This document shows positions 39,689-48,939 of a stretch of DNA of 64,000 bases, piece by piece. Below the pieces are notes generated by a model. The model worked only from the letters and a program-made list of their open reading frames with translations. It was not told where the DNA came from and searched no databases. The stretch lies in assembly GCA_016839265.1 (NCBI GenBank), contig JAEOUO010000002.1, positions 68,778 through 132,777 on the forward strand, written 5' to 3'. Both the position numbers and the translations under genes were made by a program. The DNA comes from Candidatus Odinarchaeota archaeon (GTDB lineage: Archaea; Asgardarchaeota; Odinarchaeia; Odinarchaeales; Odinarchaeaceae). Within the stretch, counting starts at the first letter, position 1, and every line of letters begins with the position of its first letter.

Positions 39689-40392
39689 TGGTGGAATTGA
39701 AGAAATGGCAGGGTGAACTGGCTGAGTTTTTAGCTAGGCAGGGTGCTCTCTTATTCGGGGAGTTTAAACTTAAAAGCGGCCGTTTATCGCCGTTTTTCTT
39801 TAATATCGCGAAGACAGTTAGTAACGGTGAGGGGCTTTTAAGAATAGGGGAGTTTTATTTTAAAGGGGTCTTGGATATACTAGGCGGTGTTAAATTCGAC
39901 TTTATCCTCGGACCGGCTTATAAAGCTATACCTTTAGCAGCTGTTATCTCGATGCTAATTTATAGTAAACAAGGTGTGAATATCCGTTGGGGGTATGATC
40001 GTAAAGAGGAGAAGGCTTACGGTGTTTCAGCTGAAAAATGGTTTGTAGGTGAACTGTTTAAAGGAGATCGGCTGCTGTTAGTGGATGATGTAGCTACCAC
40101 GGGGAGGACAAAAATCGATCTGATACGTAAACTGAGAGAAGTTTTCAGCGACTATAATCTACGTTTTCAAGGTGTTTTAATACTGTTAGACCGTGAAGAG
40201 ATAGGGGAGGATGGGAGATATAGCGGTGATATTTTAAGAGATGAAGGTGTTCCTCTTTATTCCCTGTTAAAGGTTAGCGAGGTTTTCGAATACTTGTATA
40301 ATAAGCCTGTGGATGATAGAATACTTGTATCGGAGAAGGAGTATCGTTTATTCCAAGATTACAGGAAAAAATACGGTGTTTCAACTCGTTGA
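39689..40392 (+). CDS. pyrE: Orotate phosphoribosyltransferase-like type I PRTase
   Basis: N-terminal GALLFGEFKLKSGRLSPFFFN (OPRT pattern alkfGeFtLkSGrkSpyyfd) and PRPP-binding loop LLVDDVATTGRTK. The likely GTG start is at ~39689, just after the upstream stop. The C-terminal extension is longer than in typical PyrE. Confidence 0.6.
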
Positions 40393-41055
40393 CTACTCTT
40401 CATTTTTATTCTTATACTCTTTTTTCGCTATTTTCTCGGTTTCTCTCAATTCTTCATCTGTCCATAATGTATTCTCGTTTTTACCTAGATTAGTTTTCTC
40501 CGCCGGTTTATAATAATCATACAATATATAGATTATTAATATCGCTACTATTGTAATTAGTAAATATTGAAGATAGCCGGCTATTGGCCTTAATATAACT
40601 AAAGGTAAACCTATTCGCGGTATAGCGAACACAACTCTCCCTATTACGTTAGAGTAGGGGGTGGGTTCAGGGTCTGGGTAGGGATTTGTCTCAGGGTTTA
40701 CTCCTTGAGTCCAAAAATACCATTCTCCTCCTATTAGTTGTTTATCTATAACTCGGTGAACAACAGGTATATTTGCATTGGGGTCTGTTGGCGGTATCCA
40801 ATTGGCGTGGAAGACTATATCTGTTCCGATAGTTATTTCATCCGGGGTAGCGTATTTAACGAATAATATGTCTCCCTCCCAGTATACAGGGTGCATGCTC
40901 CCAGATGTAACTACTACTACAGGTGCGCTGCTTCCCAAATAAACTGAAATGGAGAGGTATCCTACCCCCACCGCGCTTACTAGTATTATTATAGCTGCGA
41001 CTGGTTTAATCAGTGTTTTCAAGTTTCCTGTTTTATTATTTTTTTCTTCGCTCAA
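40393..41055 (-). CDS. sec11: Signal peptidase I, archaeal/eukaryotic Sec11 type
   Basis: N-terminal transmembrane anchor followed by VVVVTSGSMHPVYWEGDILFVK, the SGSMxP catalytic-Ser box of S26B peptidases. It has a Lys/Glu-rich C-terminal tail. Confidence 0.75.
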   Translation of the reverse strand: MSEEKNNKTGNLKTLIKPVAAIIILVSAVGVGYLSISVYLGSSAPVVVVTSGSMHPVYWEGDILFVKYATPDEITIGTDIVFHANWIPPTDPNANIPVVHRVIDKQLIGGEWYFWTQGVNPETNPYPDPEPTPYSNVIGRVVFAIPRIGLPLVILRPIAGYLQYLLITIVAILIIYILYDYYKPAEKTNLGKNENTLWTDEELRETEKIAKKEYKNKNEE

Positions 41056-41077
41056 AAGATCACTCTCTAAAAAATTA

Positions 41078-41536
41078 TTATTTTTTATCTTCTAATTCTT
41101 TTACAAGGATTTCTATGAAAAGAGGGTAACAGCATCCTTTTAGTATATCTTCGTAGGATTGAATGATTTTTCTCTGTGTATAGTATATTTCAAGGTTTTC
41201 TTTGAAACCGTGTAGGAATGGTTTTTTAATTAAGTTTAGGAGGTGTTTACTCACTTTCTCTGGGAGGCTGCTGCTTGTAAGCATGCTGAAAATAATGTTT
41301 CTTTCTTTAATATACCATATTTTATGACAGTTTAACTTGTAGCTGTTTAATTTTCTGCTTTTCATTTTTTTATTGTAATTGTTTTTCATAGCTTCTAGTA
41401 ATTGTGAGTCTATTTCCCTGTGACTGTATGAAACTAATACGCTTCCTGCTTTATCGAATATATAGATGGCGTCAACGCTTTTTTCAAACTCGCATGTTTG
41501 TTTTTCCTCAGCATTATCTCCCAACATTTCTATCAC
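41078..41536 (-). CDS. Hypothetical protein with a longin/SNARE-like (sedlin/Bet5-type) N-terminal signature
   Basis: AIYIFDKAGSVLVSYSHRE resembles the first strand-turn-strand of longin-like domains in TRAPP Bet5/sedlin and sigma-adaptin (lYIFnRsGvCLfsrew). The rest is unassigned. Weak. Confidence 0.35.
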   Translation of the reverse strand: MIEMLGDNAEEKQTCEFEKSVDAIYIFDKAGSVLVSYSHREIDSQLLEAMKNNYNKKMKSRKLNSYKLNCHKIWYIKERNIIFSMLTSSSLPEKVSKHLLNLIKKPFLHGFKENLEIYYTQRKIIQSYEDILKGCCYPLFIEILVKELEDKK

Positions 41537-41588
41537 AATTTTGTAGTAAAACTACATAATTATTTATATTTCTCATATAAAAACCTTG

Positions 41589-42554
41589 TTAAACTGGCAG
41601 AGAGTAAACTGGAAGATATCCAGTGTTATTAGCGATTAACTGACCTACAGGCCCCAGACACCAGTCAATGTAAGCTGCGATGTAACCTCGCGGAACACCG
41701 TTTGTAATCACGTAAAGATATCTTGCGATAGGATAGGTGAAATTTTTAATATTATCAAGGCTAGGCTCAACAGGGATACCTGTAATCGGGTCATTCACTG
41801 ATATAACTTTTACACTAGAGGTTTGAGCGTAAGCTGCACCTACGTAACCTATTCCACTAGGATCTTCAGCTATAGCTGAAATAATCGCGGAGTTTCCTGC
41901 TAAAGACTGAACATTATCCGCGTAATCATCGTTATTCATCACATGCTCTTGAAAATAACCGTAAGTTCCTGAAGACGGATCACGTGAGTAAGCTACTACC
42001 GCTCCTAAAGATGAAAGTGCAGGATCCACCTGGCTCCACTGAGTGATAGAACCGTTATAGATGCCTCTCAGAATAGCGAAGCTTATATTAGTAATAGGAT
42101 TTGAAGGATGAACTATGATAACTATCCCATCGATGCATACAGGTGTTACATGCAGTTCAACTCCTTTACCGGCTGCTATAGAATACTCGGCTGAGCTTGG
42201 AAGCCTAGAGGCGTCCGCTATATCTATTATCCCGTTTATAAGTTGGCTTATCCCTACAGATGATCCTGCTCCACCTACCACAATATTCACTCCGGGATTA
42301 TACTGCATGTAATGGTAAGCCCAAGTTTGTTGTAATTCAAATAATGTATTTGATCCTTCAATGTTTATTTGAGCGTTGAACCCTCCGACTCCTCCAGGTC
42401 CAAGATAAGCGCCTAGAAAGAAACCGCCTAGAAAACCGCCTCCTAAAACGAAGATGAATATTAAAATTAATATTCGCCTACTAAACCCGATCTGGAATTC
42501 CTCTAACTCCATAAATTCACCGTCTTCTAACTGAATTAAGATTTTAGATAACAT
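41589..42554 (-). CDS. pstS: Phosphate ABC transporter substrate-binding protein
   Basis: N-terminal membrane anchor. PBP-fold motifs GSNTLFELQQTWAYHYM and VGGAGSSVGISQ. Divergent from pstCAB. Confidence 0.75.
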   Translation of the reverse strand: MLSKILIQLEDGEFMELEEFQIGFSRRILILIFIFVLGGGFLGGFFLGAYLGPGGVGGFNAQINIEGSNTLFELQQTWAYHYMQYNPGVNIVVGGAGSSVGISQLINGIIDIADASRLPSSAEYSIAAGKGVELHVTPVCIDGIVIIVHPSNPITNISFAILRGIYNGSITQWSQVDPALSSLGAVVAYSRDPSSGTYGYFQEHVMNNDDYADNVQSLAGNSAIISAIAEDPSGIGYVGAAYAQTSSVKVISVNDPITGIPVEPSLDNIKNFTYPIARYLYVITNGVPRGYIAAYIDWCLGPVGQLIANNTGYLPVYSLPV

Positions 42555-42659
42555 ATAAAATTTACTGCTATCTTAAGTTGTATTCTTTAGCTTTTAGATA
42601 AAAATTAATATAGTTGTTTTCTTTTATTGCTTTTTGAAATAGGTTCGGTGTGAATTTAA

Positions 42660-43616
42660 ATGGGGGACGTATCCCTGTCTAATACTGGTGAAAGAATTTC
42701 AGAGCGGGTGAAAACTTCTAATTTAAAGAGGAACTGGGTGGAGTTTTTAATTGAAAAAGCTCTTCTAGCCTCTGGGCTCTTCGCGGTTATATTCGTTATT
42801 TTAATATTCACATATATTATTTATGAAGCGATCCCCTTCTTCCTTCAAGTTAATCCTTTAGAATTCTTTTTAGGCGCGAGTTGGCACCCTGAATCTCCTT
42901 CTAATCCTCAGTATGGTTTACTTCCACCTCTTTGGGGTAGTTTCTTTGTAACAGTGATGGCTTTAGCGATAGCGATACCTGTAGGTGTAGTTTCGGCTAT
43001 GTATATTTCTCAGATTGCCCGTAAACTGGAGAGAAATATATTGAAGCCTTTAATTGAAATCTTAGCCGGGATCCCCTCCGTTATCTACGGGTTCTTCGCT
43101 CTCGTGATAATGGCTTCTGTTTTATCAACTTTATTCGGTGAAGCTGTGCTGACTAGACTTAACGCGTTGAATGGTGCGATTATATTAGCGGTAATGGCGT
43201 TGCCTACGATTATAAGTATATCTGAGGATTCTCTTACAGCCGTACCTAGAGAATATAAGGAGGCTGCTTTAGCTTTAGGTTCATCTGACTGGGAGGCTCT
43301 TAGAAACGTTACTTTACCTGCAGCTAAACCTGGTATTCTTACAGCTATTCTATTAGGTTTCGGCCGTGCTATCGGTGAGACTATGGCTGTTTTAATGGCT
43401 ACCGGTAACAGTCCTCTTTTAGCTTTTAATCCTTTACAGTCTATTCTAGCTATGACTTCTTTAATCGCTAGAGACTTCGGGGAGGTGGCTATCGGCTCAA
43501 TCTGGTATCATTCTATTTTCGCAGTGGCTTTAATTCTTTTAATTATCACGTTACTCGTTAACTGGGTGGCTACATCAGTGGTTTCTAAAAAGATCGGCTG
43601 GAGGATTAGACGTTGA
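42660..43616 (+). CDS. pstC: Phosphate ABC transporter permease
   Basis: Six-TM permease with the EAA-like loop (EDSLTAVPREYKEAALALG). First of two permeases before pstB. Confidence 0.85.
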   Translation: MGDVSLSNTGERISERVKTSNLKRNWVEFLIEKALLASGLFAVIFVILIFTYIIYEAIPFFLQVNPLEFFLGASWHPESPSNPQYGLLPPLWGSFFVTVMALAIAIPVGVVSAMYISQIARKLERNILKPLIEILAGIPSVIYGFFALVIMASVLSTLFGEAVLTRLNALNGAIILAVMALPTIISISEDSLTAVPREYKEAALALGSSDWEALRNVTLPAAKPGILTAILLGFGRAIGETMAVLMATGNSPLLAFNPLQSILAMTSLIARDFGEVAIGSIWYHSIFAVALILLIITLLVNWVATSVVSKKIGWRIRR

Positions 43617-44476
43617 CTTCGAAATATACTAAACAGAAAGTGTATTTTTGGATTATGCGCATAGTTGCGGCTATCCCTTTAATCTTTTTAGCGTGGATTG
43701 TTGGTACTATTCTGTTCTACGGTATTCCCGCACTGAAGCCGAGTATTCTAGGCGCCCCCACTCCTGGTAGCTATGAAACTTACGGTATCGGACCGGCTAT
43801 TTTAGGTTCGATTTATGTGATGGTTTTTACTATGATTTTCAGCCTTCCAATAGGTGTTTTAGCTGCAATCTATCTTGTGGAATATGCTAAAGATAATTTA
43901 TTCACAAGAATTATACGTATGGCTATTAATACGCTGGCGAGTCTGCCATCTATTATTTACGGCGTTTTCGGTTTTGTTTTCTTTCTAATTATTTTACATT
44001 TCCCTAAATCTGCGATTGTAGCTGCTTTAACTCTATCTCTGTTAACTTTACCTGTTATTATATCAGCTTCTCAAGAGGCTCTTTTATCTGTTCCTAAAAG
44101 TTACCGTGAAGCTGCTTTAGCTGTTGGGGCGACTAAATGGCAGGCTATAAGAGATCATGTTCTACCTAACGCGATTTCAGGTATTATGACAGGTGGAATA
44201 TTAGGGTTAAGCAGAGCAGGCGGTGAGACAGCGCCTATTCTCTTTGTTTACGCTGTTGGTTTATCAGGTTTCGTATTCTCTCCTTTAGCTCCCTCCATGG
44301 CTTTACCGTTTACAATATATAATTTAACTCTTCAATCAACCGGTTTAGAATACACTCTTCCGCTTGCATTCGCCGCCTGTCTTATACTTTTAATTATAAT
44401 TGTGGCTTTGAATATTGTAGCGATTTATATTAGAAGTAAAGCTAGGAGAAAACTTGAAAAAGTAAGGGTTTCATAG
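43613..44476 (+). CDS. pstA: Phosphate ABC transporter permease
   Basis: Second permease, with the loop [25 protein letters not shown]. Overlaps pstC by 4 nt. Confidence 0.85.
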   Translation: MTSKYTKQKVYFWIMRIVAAIPLIFLAWIVGTILFYGIPALKPSILGAPTPGSYETYGIGPAILGSIYVMVFTMIFSLPIGVLAAIYLVEYAKDNLFTRIIRMAINTLASLPSIIYGVFGFVFFLIILHFPKSAIVAALTLSLLTLPVIISASQEALLSVPKSYREAALAVGATKWQAIRDHVLPNAISGIMTGGILGLSRAGGETAPILFVYAVGLSGFVFSPLAPSMALPFTIYNLTLQSTGLEYTLPLAFAACLILLIIIVALNIVAIYIRSKARRKLEKVRVS

Positions 44477-44487
44477 GTGAAATTGAA

Positions 44488-45297
44488 ATGCTTGTAGATG
44501 ATGACTGGCTTAAAGATTTTCTTGTTAGAGAAGATTTTAAAACATTGCCAAGTGTTATTTCAGTTAAAAACCTTAATTTATGGTTCGGTTCAACGCATGT
44601 TTTAAAATCTATCAGTTTAGAGATTAAAAAAAACCGTATAACCGCTATTATTGGTCCTTCAGGTTGCGGTAAAACTACGCTGATTCGAACATTTAATCGA
44701 ATGTGTGATTTAGATAACGCTCATGTTGAAGGCGAGATTATCTTCGAGGGACATAATATTATCGGGAACAGTGTTGATGTGGTTGAACTTCGGAGACGTA
44801 TCGGAATGGTTTTTCAGAAACCTAATCCTTTCCCTAAATCTATTTTCGAAAATGTAGCGTACGGTCCTCTAATCCATGGGGTGCGAAGTAAATCTAAACT
44901 TTATAAAATTGTTCAGGAGAGTTTAGAACGAGCTGCATTATGGGATGAGGTTAAAGACCGATTGAAGGATAACGCGTTAAGTCTTTCAGGCGGTCAACAG
45001 CAGAGGCTTTGTATCGCTCGTGCTTTAGCTGTTAATCCTGAAATTCTTTTAATGGATGAACCATGCTCCGCTTTAGACCCTATCTCCACAGCTAAAATAG
45101 AGGATCTTATGATAGATCTTAAAGATTCTCTCACTATCGTTATAGTCACTCATAACATGCAGCAGGCTGCTAGAGTATCCGATTACGCTGCATTCCTGTA
45201 TATGGGTGAGCTTGTAGAATTCGGTCCTACTAGTTTAATATTTGAACGGCCTAGGGAGGAGAAGACGAAAGCTTATATAACTGGGAGGTTTGGTTAA
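44488..45297 (+). CDS. pstB: Phosphate ABC transporter ATP-binding protein
   Basis: Walker [13 protein letters not shown] signature LSGGQQQRL, Walker B LLMDEP and H-loop HNMQQA. Confidence 0.9.
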   Translation: MLVDDDWLKDFLVREDFKTLPSVISVKNLNLWFGSTHVLKSISLEIKKNRITAIIGPSGCGKTTLIRTFNRMCDLDNAHVEGEIIFEGHNIIGNSVDVVELRRRIGMVFQKPNPFPKSIFENVAYGPLIHGVRSKSKLYKIVQESLERAALWDEVKDRLKDNALSLSGGQQQRLCIARALAVNPEILLMDEPCSALDPISTAKIEDLMIDLKDSLTIVIVTHNMQQAARVSDYAAFLYMGELVEFGPTSLIFERPREEKTKAYITGRFG

Positions 45298-45329
45298 ATA
45301 TATTTTAAACTCTTTCATGGAGGTTTTAA

Positions 45330-45989
45330 ATGCAAGTTAGGAAGCGTTATCAGCAGGAGTTAGCTAATTTAACTAGAAGTGTTATTAGAATGGGAGAACT
45401 GGCAGCCAGTCTTATAGATGTGGCTGTGACAAGTCTAGCTAACAAGGACGGTTCTTTAGCGGATAAAGTTTTAGCTGAAGCTGCTAAAATAGACGACTAT
45501 GAGCTTCGAATTGAAGAAACATGTATTCAGCTTATAGTCCGTCAGCAACCTGTGGCTGATGATTTGAGAGCGATTATCTCATACTTGCGAATTATAGGTG
45601 ATTTCGACAGAATCAGTGATTTAGCCTCTAATATTGTTAAAATAACTAAGCAGACGCTTGATAAACCTTTAATTAAACCTTTAATTGACATTCCTAGAAT
45701 GAGTAGAATGACTCAGGAAATGGTTAAATGCAATCTAGAATCGCTTGAAAAAGGTAGAGTACTGGACTGTATAGAGAAACTTTCTGAAAAAGATGATGAA
45801 GTGGACGCTTTATGGTATCAAGTTTACCGTGAACTGGTTTCGATGATGATTGAAAACCCGCGTCTTATAAGCGATGCGACTGATCTTATGTTAGTAGCCA
45901 GATACCTTGAGAGAATGGCTGACCACGCTTGCAATATAGGGAGTAGGATTATATATATGTTTACAGGGGAGCGGCGGAAGCTTCAATAA
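45330..45989 (+). CDS. phoU: Phosphate-uptake regulator PhoU
   Basis: Two-repeat PhoU helical architecture with conserved Asp motifs (ELRIEE...DDLRAI and DEVDALWYQV). 219 aa, directly after pstB. Confidence 0.85.
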   Translation: MQVRKRYQQELANLTRSVIRMGELAASLIDVAVTSLANKDGSLADKVLAEAAKIDDYELRIEETCIQLIVRQQPVADDLRAIISYLRIIGDFDRISDLASNIVKITKQTLDKPLIKPLIDIPRMSRMTQEMVKCNLESLEKGRVLDCIEKLSEKDDEVDALWYQVYRELVSMMIENPRLISDATDLMLVARYLERMADHACNIGSRIIYMFTGERRKLQ

Positions 45990-46108
45990 TTCCAATTCTT
46001 AATAATATTTAAATACTTTTTAAATTATATAATTAAAAAGCCTAAGTAATCTAGTTTAAAATAATTAAAAATATGAATTTGTAAACTGGATGATTTACTG
46101 GTGGTTGT

Positions 46109-46399
46109 ATGCCGTTATTTAAAGATGTGGAGAAAGTTAAATTTTTTGTTAAAAAAGTTTTCGACTTAGCTACAGAGTTGAAAATCCCTATTTTAGATGA
46201 GAAAACTGTTTCCGATTTGAAGATTAATCCAGGAGCGGTTGCCTGGGTTATAGAAATGAAAGTTGAACCGGAGGATGAAACACCGATTAAAGCTTTTCTG
46301 GCTTTAGCCCAGTATTTTAGAAGTATAATTATTAAAAGAGGGGATGTATTCTATATACCGCACGGCTCTGAGAGCTATAAATTAGAATGCGCCGGTTGA
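46109..46399 (+). CDS. Hypothetical protein (96 aa)
   Basis: ORF with an ATG start and no recognisable motif. Confidence 0.35.
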   Translation: MPLFKDVEKVKFFVKKVFDLATELKIPILDEKTVSDLKINPGAVAWVIEMKVEPEDETPIKAFLALAQYFRSIIIKRGDVFYIPHGSESYKLECAG

Positions 46400-46463
46400 T
46401 TTTATAGTCTTCTACAGCTTTAACTTGCCGGCGGGAAGTCTTCTTCCGAGAGGGAGGGGTAAT

Positions 46464-47075
46464 TCACGTCATACCAGTCATAAGCTTCTTAAGTCGTTTC
46501 AACTCTTTCAACATTTCGCTTTTAAGCGAGCTTACTGAAGTTTGATCCATTCCCGCCTCTTCTACAGACGCTGAAGGTATTTGTGGAACGCTTGCAGGTA
46601 TAACAGCCGCTTGTACTTCAGGTTCCGTTTCTACAGCTTCAGCTGCTGGCGGGGTTGGTGCGGGTTCAAAATCCGGAGCCTTCGGCGGTGTGGATATGGA
46701 GGGTGTTTTTATTTCAGGGACTTGTATCCTAGGTGGCGTGGTTGGTGTTACAGATGGAGGTGGCGGGGGTGTTTGCTGAACTGCAGTGGTTTGAATTACA
46801 GGTTTACCTGTTAATAATGTCCATAAATCCTCCGGGGACATGATTTCCCCTCTTTTAGATAGAACAGTTGTTATCACGGAGGTTGAGGTTGCTCTTTCAC
46901 TAGCCGGTAGTTTTCCAAGCTCAATTGATTTTAAATCTTTTTCAATTCTTTTTAAACTGTCTGTAAGTGTTTTCGTAGCTTCGTTGACTGTTTTAGAAAA
47001 TTTATCAATCGCTTCTAGAAAATAGTCTTTTATCCTAGATAGCACTCGGACCGCTTTCTGTGTTTCATCCTCCAA
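46464..47075 (-). CDS. Hypothetical protein with a central proline-rich (PPPPP) linker
   Basis: N-terminal helical ~95 aa. A Pro/Thr-rich low-complexity segment (QQTPPPPPSVTPTTPPRIQVP...PKAPDFEPAPTPPAAE) is followed by a C-terminal amphipathic helix (LKSEMLKELKRLKKLMTG). Confidence 0.45.
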   Translation of the reverse strand: MEDETQKAVRVLSRIKDYFLEAIDKFSKTVNEATKTLTDSLKRIEKDLKSIELGKLPASERATSTSVITTVLSKRGEIMSPEDLWTLLTGKPVIQTTAVQQTPPPPPSVTPTTPPRIQVPEIKTPSISTPPKAPDFEPAPTPPAAEAVETEPEVQAAVIPASVPQIPSASVEEAGMDQTSVSSLKSEMLKELKRLKKLMTGMT

Positions 47076-47261
47076 GATATTCCCCTCAATGTTAGCGTGA
47101 AATTTATTTATTTAAATTTATATAATGTTAACTAGCGCTGTTATATTAATTTTTCTTAATATTGTTTACGTAATTTTACTACGAAATATAATATAACTTT
47201 TCCTTTATAAAGTTCTTTTCAACTCTTAACTGTCTTACCATAATGGCGCTATGAACATATT

Positions 47262-47345
47262 CAAGCGAACTACGGGGCTGCCTTGACACAGCTCGAACTG
47301 GGTAGGATGAAGCATAAGCTGGCAACCCTGGAATCTCCCGACTTT
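47262..47345. ncRNA. Candidate structured small RNA (GC-rich island in an AT-rich intergenic region); type unknown
   Basis: An ~84-nt stretch at ~56% GC, against a visibly AT-rich background, in the 390-bp spacer upstream of the S25e gene. It contains complementary segments (GGGGCTGCC/GGCAACCC, AGCT...AGCT). No tRNA cloverleaf or C/D boxes could be fitted by eye. Strand undetermined. Confidence 0.15.
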
Positions 47346-47467
47346 TCGATTGGCATAGAAAAATTAAAATATATTTTTTTAATTTTATATTTAGCTAGTA
47401 TAAGTTAACATTTAATTGCTAAAACATTAATATATCTGATTGTATACTCAGCTATCGAGGTGTTTTT

Positions 47468-47752
47468 ATGTCTCAACAGGCTAAAGGTAAAGCTAAAGGT
47501 AAAAAGCGGGCTGCTCCTGAAAAAATTGAAAAAAATATTAAAGATGTTGAACTGAAACAGGATTTGCTTCAATCTCTTGTTAAAGAGGTTCCTAAAATGA
47601 AGGTTATTACTCCGAATATGATCGGTGTTAAATATAATCTTCGTTTAAGTGAAGCTAAAAAAGCTCTTCTTCAATTGGCTGAAAAAGGTTTAATTAAACC
47701 AGTCTCCGATAGTAGACGTATTAAGATCTATACGGGGACCGCTGCCTCCTAA
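47468..47752 (+). CDS. rps25e: Ribosomal protein S25e
   Basis: A Lys-rich N-terminus is followed by KEVPKMKVITPNMIGVKYNLRLSEAKKALLQLAEKGLIKPVSDSRRIKIYTG, which aligns with eukaryotic RPS25 [51 protein letters not shown]. Confidence 0.8.
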   Translation: MSQQAKGKAKGKKRAAPEKIEKNIKDVELKQDLLQSLVKEVPKMKVITPNMIGVKYNLRLSEAKKALLQLAEKGLIKPVSDSRRIKIYTGTAAS

Positions 47753-47822
47753 ATTATTTTTAATAAAATTTAATCTTATTTTTTAAACTAATTTTTTAAT
47801 ATTATCGTGCCATACACGGAAG

Positions 47823-47842
47823 CCCATGACTTTAGTCATGGG
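47823..47842. promoter_or_regulatory. Perfect inverted repeat CCCATGAC-TTTA-GTCATGGG (possible operator or terminator hairpin)
   Basis: An 8-9 bp perfect palindrome in the 165-bp spacer between rps25e and the purine operon. It lies ~75 nt upstream of the purC start and ~50 nt upstream of a TATA-like AAAATATAAT. Confidence 0.3.
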
Positions 47843-47917
47843 TAGCTCACAACCATCAAAATACTTATATTCTTTTCTCAAATACTCTAAAATATAATTA
47901 ATTACGGAGTGGTGGAA

Positions 47918-48676
47918 ATGAGTCTTATAAGCGGTAAGCAGCCTATCGCTGAAGGTAAAACTAAACGTGTATACCTTCATGACGAACCGGATAAAGTTAT
48001 CTTATACTTTAAAAACGATATCACCGCGTTAGACGGATTAAAACATGATGTAATCCATGGTAAAGGATATATTAACGCTTATATAACTAAGTATCTTTTC
48101 GAAAAACTTGAAAAAGCAGGTGTTCCAACTCAACTAGTTGAATACGTTTATCCGAATATCATTATCGCTAAAAAAATTCAAATGCTTCCGATAGAAGTTG
48201 TCTGCAGAAACATAGCCGCCGGGCATCTCGTTAAAAAACTTCCGTTTTTTAAAAACGGTCAACCCCTCAACCCGCCGGTGATCGAATTCTTTTATAAATC
48301 AGATGAACTCCACGATCCGATGGTTAACGAATATCATCTTCAAGCTCTCCGTATAACCTCCGAGAAAGAAACACTACAGATGAAAGATTATACGTTGAAA
48401 GCTAACCGTGTTTTAAAAGATTTCTTTAATAAACGCGGCTTAATCTTCGTTGATTTTAAAATAGAATTCGGCCGTTTAAGCGAAGACAACCTTGTTATAG
48501 GTGATGAGTTAAACGGTGACTCTATGCGGCTTTGGGCGTCTCCTGATGGTAGAAAAGCTTTTGATAAAGACGGTTATAGAAGCGGTGACGCTTTAGATAA
48601 AGTGAGGGAAACATATATAGAGACTTTTAAAGTTATAACAGGTGAAGAACCTTTAAAAGAGGGTCTTGAAAGTTGA
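47918..48676 (+). CDS. purC: SAICAR synthetase
   Basis: N-terminal SLISGKQPIAEGKTKRVY, a characteristic body length, and its position first in the pur operon. The ATG at 47918 is preferred over the upstream GTG because it follows the GGAGTGGTGG ribosome-binding site. Confidence 0.85.
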   Translation: MSLISGKQPIAEGKTKRVYLHDEPDKVILYFKNDITALDGLKHDVIHGKGYINAYITKYLFEKLEKAGVPTQLVEYVYPNIIIAKKIQMLPIEVVCRNIAAGHLVKKLPFFKNGQPLNPPVIEFFYKSDELHDPMVNEYHLQALRITSEKETLQMKDYTLKANRVLKDFFNKRGLIFVDFKIEFGRLSEDNLVIGDELNGDSMRLWASPDGRKAFDKDGYRSGDALDKVRETYIETFKVITGEEPLKEGLES

Positions 48677-48939
48677 AAGAGTATACTGTTGAAGTTGTTA
48701 TTGAAAGCAAACCTTACGCGAAGGATCCTGAAGGTATGACTATAATGAGGGATTTAATGCATAAAACAGGATATGAGAGAGTTAACTCTGTGAGAACCGG
48801 TAAATTTCTTAGAATAAAAGTGTCAGCTGAGAACGGTGAAGAAGCTAAAAACTATGTGGTGAAGATGATTAATGATCTTAGAATATATAATCCTGTAGCT
48901 CACACATATAGTATAGTTTTAAAGGAGAGTACCGGTTGA
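48673..48939 (+). CDS. purS: FGAM synthase PurS subunit
   Basis: 88-aa protein between purC and purQ. TTG start overlapping the purC stop. Confidence 0.8.
   Translation: MKEYTVEVVIESKPYAKDPEGMTIMRDLMHKTGYERVNSVRTGKFLRIKVSAENGEEAKNYVVKMINDLRIYNPVAHTYSIVLKESTG

Noticed and set aside
47241-47350. Attempt to read the GC-rich island as a tRNA (either strand)
   Set aside because: No 7-bp acceptor stem, D-arm or GTTCRANYC T-loop could be built. The only TTCGA-like elements (CTCGAAC, TTCGAGC on the reverse) are flanked by stems of 3 bp or fewer. It is kept only as an unclassified ncRNA candidate.
47783-47980. 65-aa minus-strand ORF overlapping the purC start and promoter
   Set aside because: It overlaps the ribosome-binding site and start of the well-supported purC gene and has no motif. 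It is most likely spurious.
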